Below, one piece after another: positions 9,489 to 19,556 of a stretch of DNA of 64,000 nt (positions are counted from its first letter, which is position 1; every line of letters starts with the position of its first letter). Below the pieces are notes generated by a model. The model did not search any database. It was given only the letters and a program-made list of their open reading frames with translations, and was not told where the DNA came from. A program made the position numbers and the translations under genes. This stretch comes from an uncultured Alphaproteobacteria bacterium. GTDB lineage: Bacteria > Pseudomonadota > Alphaproteobacteria > Rhizobiales > Beijerinckiaceae. The stretch covers positions 108,986 through 172,985 of the forward strand of contig CAWFVS010000038.1 in the NCBI GenBank assembly GCA_963819255.1, written 5' to 3'.

Positions 9489-11315
9489 TCATTCGTCGAA
9501 GTTGTCGATCACCGTGTCCGCGATCGCCCGCTTGGTGATGACGCCGACGACGTCGCGGGCCCTCGGCCGGCCCGCGCCGCGAAACACGATCGCGGCGCCG
9601 GAGCGATGACGCTTCAGCCGCGCCAGCGCGATCCTGAGGACGTCGGTGTCGCGGCAAACGGCCGGGCGGCTTTCCACAAACCGGTCGACGAGCATGTCCG
9701 GATGGGTCCGGGCCTCCCGCCAGAGACCCGAACGAGGCTGGACGAGACCGGCGATGCGCCCATCCCGCTCGACCACGATGGCGCGCAGATCGTCCTCCGT
9801 TTCGGCCCCGATCGCTTCGCTCAGCGTCGTGCCGGCCTTCGCCAGGATGAACCGGCGCTCCATGACGTCCTGCGCCTGCTTCACCAGATAGAGATTGCTG
9901 TAGCGCTCCTTGGGGATGCGATGGCCGCGGTGACGGAGCTTGACGGTGTAGATCGTCTCGCCGATCAGCGCGCGACGGACGCCCGCGGCCACTGCGACGG
10001 CGACGATGACGGGGACGATGACCGCGTAATCGCGCGTCATCTCGAAGATCATGATGATCCCGGTCATCACGCCCCCGGTTCCGGCGCCGACCATCGCCGC
10101 CATGCCGACGATCGCCGCCGAGGGAAGCGTGAGGCCCGCGTGCGGAAGGACGAGGCCGGCGACCGCCGCGAAGGCGGCGCCGAGCGTCGCGCCGAGAAAC
10201 AGCGACGGCGAAAAGATTCCACCCGAGGCCCCGCAGCCGAGGCTGATCGTGGTGGCCAGAAGCTTCAGGCCGAACAGCAGCGCGAGCAAGCCCGCCGCCG
10301 TCATCTTGTGCTCGAGGACCGATTGAATGACCCCGTAGCCGACGCCGTCGATGTAGGAATGGCCGAAGGCGCGGGTCAGCACAACCATCATGAGGCCGAC
10401 CGCCGCCATGCCGATAATGTTTTGCGTATAGGCGTTGCCCGGCAGACGGGGAAAATTGTCCTCCATGAACATGAGGAGGCGAATGAACGCCCATGCGGCG
10501 ACGCCGCAGAGCGCGCCGAGCGCCACGAACGCGAGCCCTTCCTCGAAACCGAAGGACTGCGCGACGGGAAAGTGGATCTCGGGAACGATGAAAGCCGGGT
10601 CCGGCCCAATCAGGATTCGGCCGATCAGCGTCGCAGCCCCGGTCGCGATCACCACCGGAAGAAAGGTCCGGTTGGAGACCTCGGGCAGCAGGATTTCGAG
10701 CGCGAACAACACGCCGCCGAGCGGCGTGTTGAACGTCGCCGCGATGCCGGCCCCGGCGCCGGCGGACAGCAGCGTCACCTTCTGCCAGGTCGACAGGCTG
10801 ACGATCTGGGAGAACGCCGATCCCAGCGAGGCGCCGATCTGGATGATCGGACCTTCCCGTCCGACCGCCGCGCCGCTGCCGATCGACAGCGCCGAGGCCA
10901 GCGATTTGATGATCGCGACCTGCCAGCGGATGTTGCCGCCGCCGTAATAAATTGAATCCATCACCTCGGGCACGCCGTGCCCCTTGGCCTCCGGAGCGAA
11001 GCGCTGAACGAGGTAAACGACGATCACCCCCCCGACGATTGGCGACAAGAACACGAAGTCTCCGAAGCGGCTCGGTCCCTCGAGAATGTTGGCGTTGTAG
11101 TGGAAGGTGAACACGCCGTTGTAGAAGGCGTTGTGAATGAGCCCGATCAGGGCGCGCAGCGCCACCGCCCCGAGGCCCGTCATCACGCCGATGAATAAGG
11201 CCAGAAGGCAGAGAACGAGAAGGCCGGCCCGCCGCTCGTCCCGTTTGGTCATGCGAGACGCAACGAGACGGGGGTGATCGTCCGCCTTTACGGAATGCGG
11301 TAGCGCCTGCGTCAT
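9489..11315 (-). CDS. ClC chloride channel/H+ antiporter with CBS domains
   Basis: GHGVPEV, GREGPIIQIG and GGIFSPSL signature motifs; C-terminal CBS pair. Confidence 0.95.
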   Translation of the reverse strand: MTQALPHSVKADDHPRLVASRMTKRDERRAGLLVLCLLALFIGVMTGLGAVALRALIGLIHNAFYNGVFTFHYNANILEGPSRFGDFVFLSPIVGGVIVVYLVQRFAPEAKGHGVPEVMDSIYYGGGNIRWQVAIIKSLASALSIGSGAAVGREGPIIQIGASLGSAFSQIVSLSTWQKVTLLSAGAGAGIAATFNTPLGGVLFALEILLPEVSNRTFLPVVIATGAATLIGRILIGPDPAFIVPEIHFPVAQSFGFEEGLAFVALGALCGVAAWAFIRLLMFMEDNFPRLPGNAYTQNIIGMAAVGLMMVVLTRAFGHSYIDGVGYGVIQSVLEHKMTAAGLLALLFGLKLLATTISLGCGASGGIFSPSLFLGATLGAAFAAVAGLVLPHAGLTLPSAAIVGMAAMVGAGTGGVMTGIIMIFEMTRDYAVIVPVIVAVAVAAGVRRALIGETIYTVKLRHRGHRIPKERYSNLYLVKQAQDVMERRFILAKAGTTLSEAIGAETEDDLRAIVVERDGRIAGLVQPRSGLWREARTHPDMLVDRFVESRPAVCRDTDVLRIALARLKRHRSGAAIVFRGAGRPRARDVVGVITKRAIADTVIDNFDE

Positions 11316-12047
11316 CGGATCCTTCCAGGTCGAACGGCGACCGTCCGTTTCGCATCACTAGCGGAGAGGGCGATTCGCCGCCAATCCTTTCGCCCGCCGC
11401 GAGCGGTGGAAACCGTCCGGAAACTCGCGCGCCATCAGCACCGAATTTCGGGCAAAATGGTGAACGCCTTGCTTTTCAATGACTTCGGCTTTCTGCCGAA
11501 GGCCAGAGGACCATCCGGCGCGGCCGTCAAGGCCCCCCTGCGCGTCGATTTGGCGGCCGCGTCTCCCACGGCGGCCAACTCTGGTCGACTGAGCCATACA
11601 CTGATCGCCGGTCGGGCGGATAAGACGCCTTTTTCCTGCGCGTTGGGCAGGGCGCAGGTGGTGTGAGCCGGATCACTGCCGGCCATCCGGTTTCGTGCTC
11701 TGGTTTTCGTGCGGGATGCGGAGCTGATCCGCGAGAATGCGGGACGAGGCGATGGCTCGGGTCCGGCCTGGGGGCCCGCTTTAGCGGGTTTGCGTTCGGA
11801 CCCACGAGGCTCATGCAACCCGGACGTCCTGCCGGTCGCCCGGGTTGCGGAGCTTCAGGCGGTCTTTCAGTCCGCAAGCGCGGTCTCGCGGATGAATGCG
11901 TCGTCTGCTGCGGAGTTGAACCGTGACCTGCGTTACACTCGAAATGTGACCGCCGTCACGGCGCCGTTCCTAACCGGGCATTAACCGTTGCCGCATGCCG
12001 CGCGGGAAAATCCCGAGCGGCGCCGAGTTCGAAAGGGGACCGTTGTC

Positions 12048-12245
12048 ATGTCCAGAATTGAGGGGAGCGTCGACGACGTCGACGAGTTTTCCAGGGAGAG
12101 TTGGCTCAGGTTCGTCCTGACGCTGATCGTCACCACCGTGATCGTCGTCTTCGCCGTCTACGTGTTGGGTGTGGCCGTGCTCGATCGCGGCGTGAGCGCG
12201 CCCGCTCACCGCGCCGCGATTGCGGCCATGCACGCCCATTCCTGA
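12048..12245 (+). CDS. Small membrane protein
   Basis: Single strong TM helix; GGGG RBS before the ATG. Confidence 0.45.
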   Translation: MSRIEGSVDDVDEFSRESWLRFVLTLIVTTVIVVFAVYVLGVAVLDRGVSAPAHRAAIAAMHAHS

Positions 12246-12312
12246 GCGCGAAGCCGACACGCTGGAGCCGCGGTCGGTGACCGCGGCTCCGGCGGCCTTG
12301 AGCGAGGCCGCC

Positions 12313-13380
12313 CTACAACTCGCCGAGGCGGTCGGCGTAGGCGCGTTCCCGCCCATCGGCGTCGATGACGACATAGGCGCCCGCGCCGTCCGGGCGGATC
12401 GACGTCGGTCCGATCGGGACCTTGCCCAGGCCGCCGGGAATGTCGAGCACGTAGGTCGGCATGGCGAGCCCCGACAGGCGCGTCCTCAGACGCCGCATCA
12501 GATCCTGACCCTCGGCGATCGGGACGCGCCAGTGCGCGGTTCCCGGGGCGAGGTCGCCATGATGCAGGTAATAGGGCTTGATCCCGGCCTCGACGAAGGC
12601 CCGCATCAGCGCCTCGAGCGTCACAACGTCGTCGTTGACGCCCCTGAGCAGCACGCTCTGGCTGACCAGCATGATTCCCTGCACGGCGAGGCGCCGGCAG
12701 CCGGCGCGAGCCTCCCCGGTCAGCTCGCGCGGATGGTTGGCGTGCACCGCGACGACCACTGTCCGGCCGTCCGCTCGAAGCGCGCGCGCCAGCGCCGGCG
12801 TGACCCGCTCGGGCGCGGCGACGGGGAGGCGGGTGTGCCAGCGCAGGATCTTGACGTGCTCGATCGCGGCGATCGCCCGGGTCGTCTCCGCCGCCCGACG
12901 GGGCGAGAGCGTCAGCGGATCGCCGCCGGTCAGGATGACCTCCCAGATCGCCGGCCGAGCGCGGACGTAGTCCAGCGCTTCGGCGAACTCGACTTCGCTC
13001 AGCGACGCTGAGCCGGGCCCGATCCGCTCGCGGCGGAAGCAGAAGCGGCAATAGACCGCGCAGACGGCGACGAGCTTGATGAGCACCCGATCCGGATAGC
13101 GGTGGACGAGGCCCTTGACCGGGCTCTTCGCATCGTCGCCGATCGGATCGTCCCTCTCGGCCGGGTCGCGGACGAGCTCGCGCCGGTCGGGAACGAACTG
13201 GCGCGCGATCGGGTCGGCCGGGTCGCTCGTCTCGATGAGACTCGCCAGCGCCGGGGTTAGCCCGATCGCATAGCGCTCGGCGACAGACTCGAGCTCGGCC
13301 AGCCGCTCCGGCCCGGCGAGGCGAGCGGCGATCAGCTGTCGGGGCGTGGTCAGGCGGCGCGACCCGATACAGGAATTCAT
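12313..13380 (-). CDS. epmB: Lysine 2,3-aminomutase-like radical SAM protein (EpmB/KamA)
   Basis: HRYPDRVL, CAVYCRFC, TGGDPL, QSVLLRGVND and PYYLHH motifs. Confidence 0.9.
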   Translation of the reverse strand: MNSCIGSRRLTTPRQLIAARLAGPERLAELESVAERYAIGLTPALASLIETSDPADPIARQFVPDRRELVRDPAERDDPIGDDAKSPVKGLVHRYPDRVLIKLVAVCAVYCRFCFRRERIGPGSASLSEVEFAEALDYVRARPAIWEVILTGGDPLTLSPRRAAETTRAIAAIEHVKILRWHTRLPVAAPERVTPALARALRADGRTVVVAVHANHPRELTGEARAGCRRLAVQGIMLVSQSVLLRGVNDDVVTLEALMRAFVEAGIKPYYLHHGDLAPGTAHWRVPIAEGQDLMRRLRTRLSGLAMPTYVLDIPGGLGKVPIGPTSIRPDGAGAYVVIDADGRERAYADRLGEL

Positions 13381-13449
13381 TGGCGTCCAAGCGGTTCATG
13401 ACAAGGAGGCGTTCATATCAGAAGCGCGCCATCCGCTCATGTCGCCGTT

Positions 13450-14410
13450 CTACTTGACGATCGGTATTTTCGACCGGTCGATGGTGACGGCGACCGCAAC
13501 GATCAGAACCGCGCCGAAAACGATGTTTTGGGCGAAGATATCGACGCCGACGAAGGTCATGCCGATGCGGACCACCGAAATGATCAGGGCCCCGATCAAG
13601 GTGCGCCAGATGCTCCCGACGCCGCCGGTGATCGCCGTGCCGCCGACGATGACCGCGGCGATCGAGGGCAGGAGGAGCTCGCTCGCCAAGGTCGGCGAGC
13701 CGCTGGCGAGGCGCCCGGCGAGAATCACGCCGGCCAAGGCGGCGCAGGTCGCCCGACAGGATAAGGGCGATGATCTTCTGCCGATCGACCTTCACGCCGG
13801 ACGCATAGGCCGCCGCCTCGCCGGCGCCGATCGCGGCGCTGTAGCGGCCGAAGCGCGTGCGGCTCTGGATCGTGTGGGCGACTGCGAGCACGACGAAGGC
13901 GATCACGACGACGTTCGGCACGCCGAGGAGGGAGCCCGTGATCCAGGTCTGGTAGTCGCGCTCGCTCGTCTGCAAGGTGATCGAGCGCTCCTTCGACAGG
14001 ACCAGGGCGGCGCTGAACAGCACGCCGCCCATCGCCAGGGTGGCGATGAAGGAAGGCACTTTCAGACGGACATGCGCCAATCCGGAAAGAAAGCCGACCA
14101 AAATCCCGGCGGCGATGGCGAAGGCGAAGGCCGCGTAGCCCCAGCGCGACAAGGTCAGCGCGACGATGACGCTCGCCAGCGACGCCATCGACTGAATTGA
14201 GAGGTCGATCCCGCCGACCATGATCACGAAGGTGACGCCGGTCGCCAGCACGAACAGGACGGCCGTGTCGCTCGCCAGATCCAAGAGCGTCGCCGGTTCG
14301 AGAAAGTCCGGCTGGAAGGCGCCGACCAGGGCGATCAACACGACGAGCGTCACGATCGGCATCCATTGACGGATGCTCTCGAATTCGAGTTTGCCGATCG
14401 GCGTGCGCAT
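13450..14410 (-). CDS. Sugar ABC transporter permease (frameshift ~13755)
   Basis: GGIDLS, PSFIATL and IAAVIVGGT RbsC-type motifs. Confidence 0.9.
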
Positions 14411-14418
14411 CTTGCGGT

Positions 14419-15945
14419 TCAGACCATGTGGCCGATGAGGTCGACCTGGTTGGGCTTGGCGGCCGGGTTCGCCGAGGTGCGATAGGTCACCGCACCGTCG
14501 CGCATCACCATGACCGTGTGGCTGAGGCCGATCGTCTCCTCCAGCGTGTCGGAGGTGAGAATGACCGCGACCCCTTCATTGGTGATGGCGCGCACGAGCT
14601 CGTAGACTTCCTCCTTGGCCCCGACGTCGAGCCCCCGCGTCGGATGATCGAGGATGAGGATGCGAGCCTTGGCGTTCAGCCATTTCGCCAGGACGACCTT
14701 CTGCTGGTTGCCGCCAGACAGGTTGAGGCAGAGCGCGTCCACTCCGGGCGTCCGCACGTTGAGGCGCTCGACCCACGACTTCGCCAGCCGCTGCTCCTCG
14801 CCAAGGTCGATCAGCGCGTGTCGTGCAAGCTGCTTGAGGCTGGGCAGCGTGATGTTGGCGGCGACGGAGAGGAACAGCACGAGTCCCTCGACCCGCCTTT
14901 CGCGGGGGACATAGCCGAGCTCGACGTCGACGGCGTCGGCCGGAGTTGAGAGCCGCACCTCGCGGCCGCCGACGACGAGACGCCCGCGGTCGTGCGGCAG
15001 GAGGCCGGCGAGGGTGCGCGTCAGCTCCTCGCGGCCCGATCCGAGAACTCCGGCGATGCCGAGGATTTCGCCGGCGTGAAGCTTGAAGCTGACGTCCCGG
15101 TAGGCGCCGCCGCGGCCGAGCCCGTCGAGCTCGAGCACGACCTCGTCGCCGAACGGCTTCTGCAAAGGCTCGCGATAATATTCCGCCTGGAGCCCGCGCC
15201 CGACCATGAGACGATGAAGCGTTTTGACGTCGGCCTCGGCCGCTGGCAGCTCGGCGACGACAGCCCCGTCCTTCATGACGTAGATCCGGTCGGAAAGCTC
15301 GAGCACCTCGCTCAGGCGATGCGAGACGAAGATGAACGAGGCGCGCGCCTTCAAGGCGCGTACGCGCTGAAACAGGATTTCGATTTCGGGGCGCTCGAGC
15401 ACCGACGTCGGCTCGTCGAGCAGGATGACCAGGCGCCCCGAGGCGTGCTCCTCGAGAGTCAGCGCCTTGGCCAGCTCGACCATCTGACGGGTGGCGAAGT
15501 CGAGCGTCGAGGCGCGAGTCCGCGGATCGACGTCGGCCTGCACTTTTGCGAGTTGGCGGGCGGCCGACGCATAGAGCGCGCGCCAGTCCACCAGGCCGAA
15601 GCGGGTGAACTGCGCCTCGGTTCCCAGATAGATGTTCTCGCCCACGGTGAGGTTGAGGAGCAGCGATTGCTCCTGGAACACCATGCCGACGCCCTGCCGG
15701 TTGGCGTCGGCGGCGCTGGCGAAACGGGTCGGCCTGCCGGCGAGCCGGATTTCGCCTCCGTCGGGCTGATAGACTCCGCTCAGGATCTTCATCAGGGTCG
15801 ACTTGCCGGCGCCGTTTTCGCCGACCAGGCCGACCACCTCGCCCGGGCGGAGTTTTAGCGAAACATTGGCGAGGGCCTGAACTCCGGGAAAGCTCTTCTC
15901 GATTCCGGCTGCCGCCAGAACGGGCTCGTCCGCGGAGGCGCTCAT
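14419..15945 (-). CDS. Sugar ABC transporter ATP-binding protein
   Basis: GENGAGKS, LSGGNQQKV; duplicated ABC domains; start MSASADEP. Confidence 0.95.
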   Translation of the reverse strand: MSASADEPVLAAAGIEKSFPGVQALANVSLKLRPGEVVGLVGENGAGKSTLMKILSGVYQPDGGEIRLAGRPTRFASAADANRQGVGMVFQEQSLLLNLTVGENIYLGTEAQFTRFGLVDWRALYASAARQLAKVQADVDPRTRASTLDFATRQMVELAKALTLEEHASGRLVILLDEPTSVLERPEIEILFQRVRALKARASFIFVSHRLSEVLELSDRIYVMKDGAVVAELPAAEADVKTLHRLMVGRGLQAEYYREPLQKPFGDEVVLELDGLGRGGAYRDVSFKLHAGEILGIAGVLGSGREELTRTLAGLLPHDRGRLVVGGREVRLSTPADAVDVELGYVPRERRVEGLVLFLSVAANITLPSLKQLARHALIDLGEEQRLAKSWVERLNVRTPGVDALCLNLSGGNQQKVVLAKWLNAKARILILDHPTRGLDVGAKEEVYELVRAITNEGVAVILTSDTLEETIGLSHTVMVMRDGAVTYRTSANPAAKPNQVDLIGHMV

Positions 15946-16946
15946 TTGACGATCCGCATGACGTTGCGGTCGATGGAGAGCGCGACCGCGGCGATGATCA
16001 TCAGTCCCTGAACGCCGATCTGGTAGCTCGGCGGGACGTCCGCCAAGACCATGCCGTTGTTCAGCACCGCGACGATCAGCACGCCGACGAGCGTCTGCAG
16101 CACGCTTCCCTCTCCGCCCGACAGCGCCGTGCCGCCGACGACCACCGCCGTTATGGTCGAGAAGAGGCGCCCGTTGCCGATCAGCGAATTGCCGAGCCCG
16201 AGCTGGGCGGCGGCGAGGATGCCGCCGATGGCGTAGAAAACGCCGGCGAGCGTGAAGGTCAGGATGCGCACCCGGGCGACGGGAATGCCGGAGAGGGCGG
16301 CGAGTTCCTCGCCGCCGCCGAGGGCGTAGACGTAGCGGCCGAGCCGGGTGTTGTTCTGGATGACGAAGGCGACCGCGAGGCAGGCGAGCGCCAGCCAGAC
16401 GCCCCAGGGAAGGCCGAGGAGGCGTTCGATCGCCAAGCCGCGGATGAACGGATCGTTGATGCGAACCGCCGTGCCGCCGAGCAACGCATTGGCGACGCCG
16501 ACGCCAATGAACCAGGTGCCGAGCGTCGTCATGAACGAGGGCGTCTTCAGCACGACATGAACGGCGCCGTTGACGAAGCCGAGCGCCGCGCCGACCAGCA
16601 AAACGGGCAGGATCGCCAGGGGCCCGAAATCGTTGGAATTCGCCCCGTTGAGCACCAGCAGCGACAGGATGACCGCGCTCAGCGAGAGGACGCCTTCCAC
16701 GGAAAGGTCGATCGAGCCCATCAGAATGATGAATGTCGCGCCGAGGCCGAGGACGAGCGGAATCATCGCCGCCTGCGCGATGCGGACGAAATTGCCGGCG
16801 CTGAGGAAATTCGGATTGATGAGGGCGATGATCGCGCACAGCAGCGCGAGCACGGCCACTGGCGCCCAGGCCGCGAAATGCCGCCGACATGCGTCCTCCG
16901 GCGCGACCGCGACCTTCTTGTCGGTTTCGACGGCTTGCGTGCTCAT
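15942..16946 (-). CDS. Sugar ABC transporter permease
   Basis: GSIDLS and TAVVVGGT; start MSTQAVE with a GGAG-free but in-frame ATG. Confidence 0.9.
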   Translation of the reverse strand: MSTQAVETDKKVAVAPEDACRRHFAAWAPVAVLALLCAIIALINPNFLSAGNFVRIAQAAMIPLVLGLGATFIILMGSIDLSVEGVLSLSAVILSLLVLNGANSNDFGPLAILPVLLVGAALGFVNGAVHVVLKTPSFMTTLGTWFIGVGVANALLGGTAVRINDPFIRGLAIERLLGLPWGVWLALACLAVAFVIQNNTRLGRYVYALGGGEELAALSGIPVARVRILTFTLAGVFYAIGGILAAAQLGLGNSLIGNGRLFSTITAVVVGGTALSGGEGSVLQTLVGVLIVAVLNNGMVLADVPPSYQIGVQGLMIIAAVALSIDRNVMRIVK

Positions 16947-17077
16947 GGAGAGGCGCGCCCCCCTTCTCCGCGAAGCGGGTAAGCAACTGTGTTGGTCGGC
17001 ATAGCCCGGTGCTCGGCGGGCTCGAGGCTGGCGCTTCGCGCCCCGCCTCCGGCGGCTTCGGCCTTGACCCCGTCCGC

Positions 17078-18095
17078 TCACCGGGCTTTTGGCCTGCAAG
17101 CGGTCGGCGCGATGCGCCGCCCGGCGGCCTCGCGCGGGCCCGCTCGTGGGGCCGCTCGAGCCTGCGGGTTCCAGGGCTCGTCGCGGGCGAGCATGGTGTT
17201 CAAGATGACGATCAGCTTGCGCATGCAGGCGATGATCGCGACCTTGGCTTCCTTGCCCTTGGCGCGCAGGCGCTGGTAGTAGGCTTTGAGCACCGGGTTG
17301 TGCTGGGTGGCGGCGCCCATGACCGGCATATAAAGGAGGTTGCGCAGCTTGCGGCGTCCGCCCTTGATGCAGCGCGCGCCTTTGCGCTCGCCGCTGTCGT
17401 CGTCGTAGGGCGCGGCGGAGAAGGGCGCCGGCGGCTCCGTTGCTGATGCGTCCGAGCTCGGGCAGCCAGGCGATCACCCCGGCGGCGGTCTGGTCGGCGA
17501 GCCCGGGCACGCTGTCGATGAGCTCGGCCCGGCGCGCGAACGCCGGGTTGGCCTTGATCTTGGCTGCGATGGCGGCGTCGAGCTTGCGCAGCTCGGCGCG
17601 GATCGTCTTGGCGATCGCAGCCTGGGCCTTGGCGACGATGGCCGGCGGATCATGCTCGCGCTGCTGCTTGATGCGATCTTCCACGTCTTTCAAGGCCGTC
17701 CGGGCCTGGACCAGGCGCGCGATCTCTTCACGCGCGGCATCGTGCCTTGAGGCTCGCCGTCGGGAAAAGCCTCGGCGAACCTGGCGATCGTCTCGGCGTC
17801 GATCGGATCGTTCTTGGCCAGCCGCCCGGCCGCCTTGGCGAAATGGCGAACCCGCTTCGGATCGACGATGACAACCTCGAGCCCGGCCGCGCGCAGGGCT
17901 TCCGCCCAGCTCCGCTCATAACCGCCGCTCGCCTCCATCACCGCGCGGCGGACCCCGTTCGACCGCAACCAGGCGATCAGCTCCGCCTCGCCCTCCGGAG
18001 TCGCTCGACGCGCTGGCGCAGCCCCAGCGAATGAATGCAGGCGTCGACTTTTTCTTTGCGACATCGAGGCCGACAATGCGCGTCTCTTGTGGCAT
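17078..18095 (-). CDS. IS110 family transposase/recombinase (several frameshifts)
   Basis: IVGLDVAK, VMEASGGYE, AKNDPIDA, DDSG..KG.R.IKGGR and GKEAKVAIIACMRKL motifs. Confidence 0.9.
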
Positions 18096-18099
18096 ACTC

Positions 18100-18275
18100 C
18101 CACTCCCTCCTTGCTCGTGCGGGCTCTCACGCCCATGCAACTGTTCGGGCTTATGGAAGACGCCAGACCTGTCCCTCGCTTCCCCGCAGTCTTCATCTGT
18201 GGTGGCCACGGGCTCAGGTCCGGCGACGGGCGGTTGCTTGGACAGCGCCCGTTCGCCCACCTCTCACATTTGCGG
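18100..18275 (-). ncRNA. Putative bridge RNA of the IS110
   Basis: Non-coding left end containing GGCCACC and GCGGGGAAG (target guides, enclosed by a GACCTG/CAGGTC stem) and ACAGTTGC (donor guide). Confidence 0.75.
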
Positions 18276-18280
18276 ACACA

Positions 18281-18432
18281 AGGTGGCCCGAAGGGCCGGA
18301 TGGGGTGTGGAATGCAGGGCATGCTCATTTGAAGTTCGCGGTGACGGTCGTGCAAGACGCCAGGCGCATTAGAGCGGGCCACACCCCATCCGGCCTTCGG
18401 CCACCTTCCCCAGCAAAAGCTGGGGAAGGGAT
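18281..18432. repeat. REP/REPIN-like repeat, copy 3 (left part at 16960-16983, split by the IS110)
   Basis: aaggtggcccgaagggccggatggggtg ... cacaccccatccggccttcggccaccttcccc inverted arms. Confidence 0.85.
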
Positions 18433-18458
18433 GCACCCCGTCTCTCCGCGAGCCGTCG

Positions 18459-19556
18459 CTAGTACTCGATCTGGCCGTTGACCCGGCCCCAGATGTCGTT
18501 CCAGTCGATCTTGGGCTCGGACTTGATGTTGCTGTCGTAGAACGACTGGGCGTTGTCGGCGGTGATGATGACCCCTTTGCCGTAAAACTCGCGGTGGTCC
18601 TTCGGCTGCGTCGTCGGATCGAAGGCGCCGGTCTTGGCGTGGTAGGCGATCGACAGCCCCATGCCCCCCTGCCAGTGGGGGTCCCAGGCGACGGTGCCGA
18701 CCATCTCCTTTTTCAGGATCGATTCGACCGCGAGCTTGATGCCGTCGATGCCGGTGACCGGAACCTTGCCGGCGCTGCCGCCGGCGCGCAGGGCCTCGAC
18801 GGCGGCGAGAGCCATGTCGTCATTGGCCGCCCAGATGCCGCCGATCTTGTCGCCGAACTTGGTCAGCCACGCATTGGTCTTTTCGAGCGCGGTGTTGGCG
18901 TCCCAGTTGGCGACCTGATAGTCGAGCAGCTTGACGTTGGGATTAGCGGCGAGCGCCTGGTCGAGTCCTTTCTTGCGCTCGATGGCGGGCACGTTCGATT
19001 CGATGCCGCCGAGCGCAACCACGCCGCCCTTTCCGCCCATCGCCTTGAACAGGGTCTCGGCCATCGCCTTGCCGTAAGGCACGCCGCTGAAGGAGATGTG
19101 CGCGACGTAGTTCGGGTTGAAATCCCAGGGGTGAAGGTCGGCCGGCTTGTTCCACTGCGTGACGACGTAGGCGCCGGCGGCCTTGCACGCTTCCACGATC
19201 GGCCGCGCGTCCGGGCTGTCGTTCGGATCGACGTTGATGCAGCAGTTGCCGCCCGTCTTGGCGAGGATTGCCTTGATGTCGGCGATGCCCTTTTCACTGT
19301 TGCCTTCGGTCACCAGGGTGACGTAGTCGGCGCCGACCGATTTCGCGAAAGCCGCGCCGCCCTTGTTCCAGGTGGCGTGATAGGGGTTCGACAGCGAGCG
19401 GATCGAATTGACCAGCGTCGGCTGCCCCGCCGCGCGCGCCGGGCGCGAAATGAGGGCCGGAAACGCCGCGGCGAACCCGAGCGCGCCCGCGCCCTTGAAC
19501 AGGTCGCGGCGGCGCAGATTCAGCGCGAGCGGATTGACGATCAGCTTGTGGCTCAT
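18459..19556 (-). CDS. Sugar ABC transporter substrate-binding protein, Tat signal
   Basis: RRRDLFKG twin-arginine signal; WAANDDMA and VTGIDG periplasmic-binding motifs. Confidence 0.92.
   Translation of the reverse strand: MSHKLIVNPLALNLRRRDLFKGAGALGFAAAFPALISRPARAAGQPTLVNSIRSLSNPYHATWNKGGAAFAKSVGADYVTLVTEGNSEKGIADIKAILAKTGGNCCINVDPNDSPDARPIVEACKAAGAYVVTQWNKPADLHPWDFNPNYVAHISFSGVPYGKAMAETLFKAMGGKGGVVALGGIESNVPAIERKKGLDQALAANPNVKLLDYQVANWDANTALEKTNAWLTKFGDKIGGIWAANDDMALAAVEALRAGGSAGKVPVTGIDGIKLAVESILKKEMVGTVAWDPHWQGGMGLSIAYHAKTGAFDPTTQPKDHREFYGKGVIITADNAQSFYDSNIKSEPKIDWNDIWGRVNGQIEY

Larger units (their letters stand above)
16982..18282 (-). mobile_element. IS110-family insertion sequence (bridge recombinase type) inserted in a REP repeat
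   Basis: Minus-strand junctions GGGCCAC-CT-TGTGT and ACAGTTG-CT-TACCC share a CT core. Removing the element restores a REP like copy 1. Confidence 0.9.

Noticed and set aside
14419-17693. 855-aa and 583-aa ORFs as fusion proteins
   Set aside because: They are read-through of GC-rich shadow frames or frameshifted tnp into ABC genes; the true starts are 15945 and 16946.
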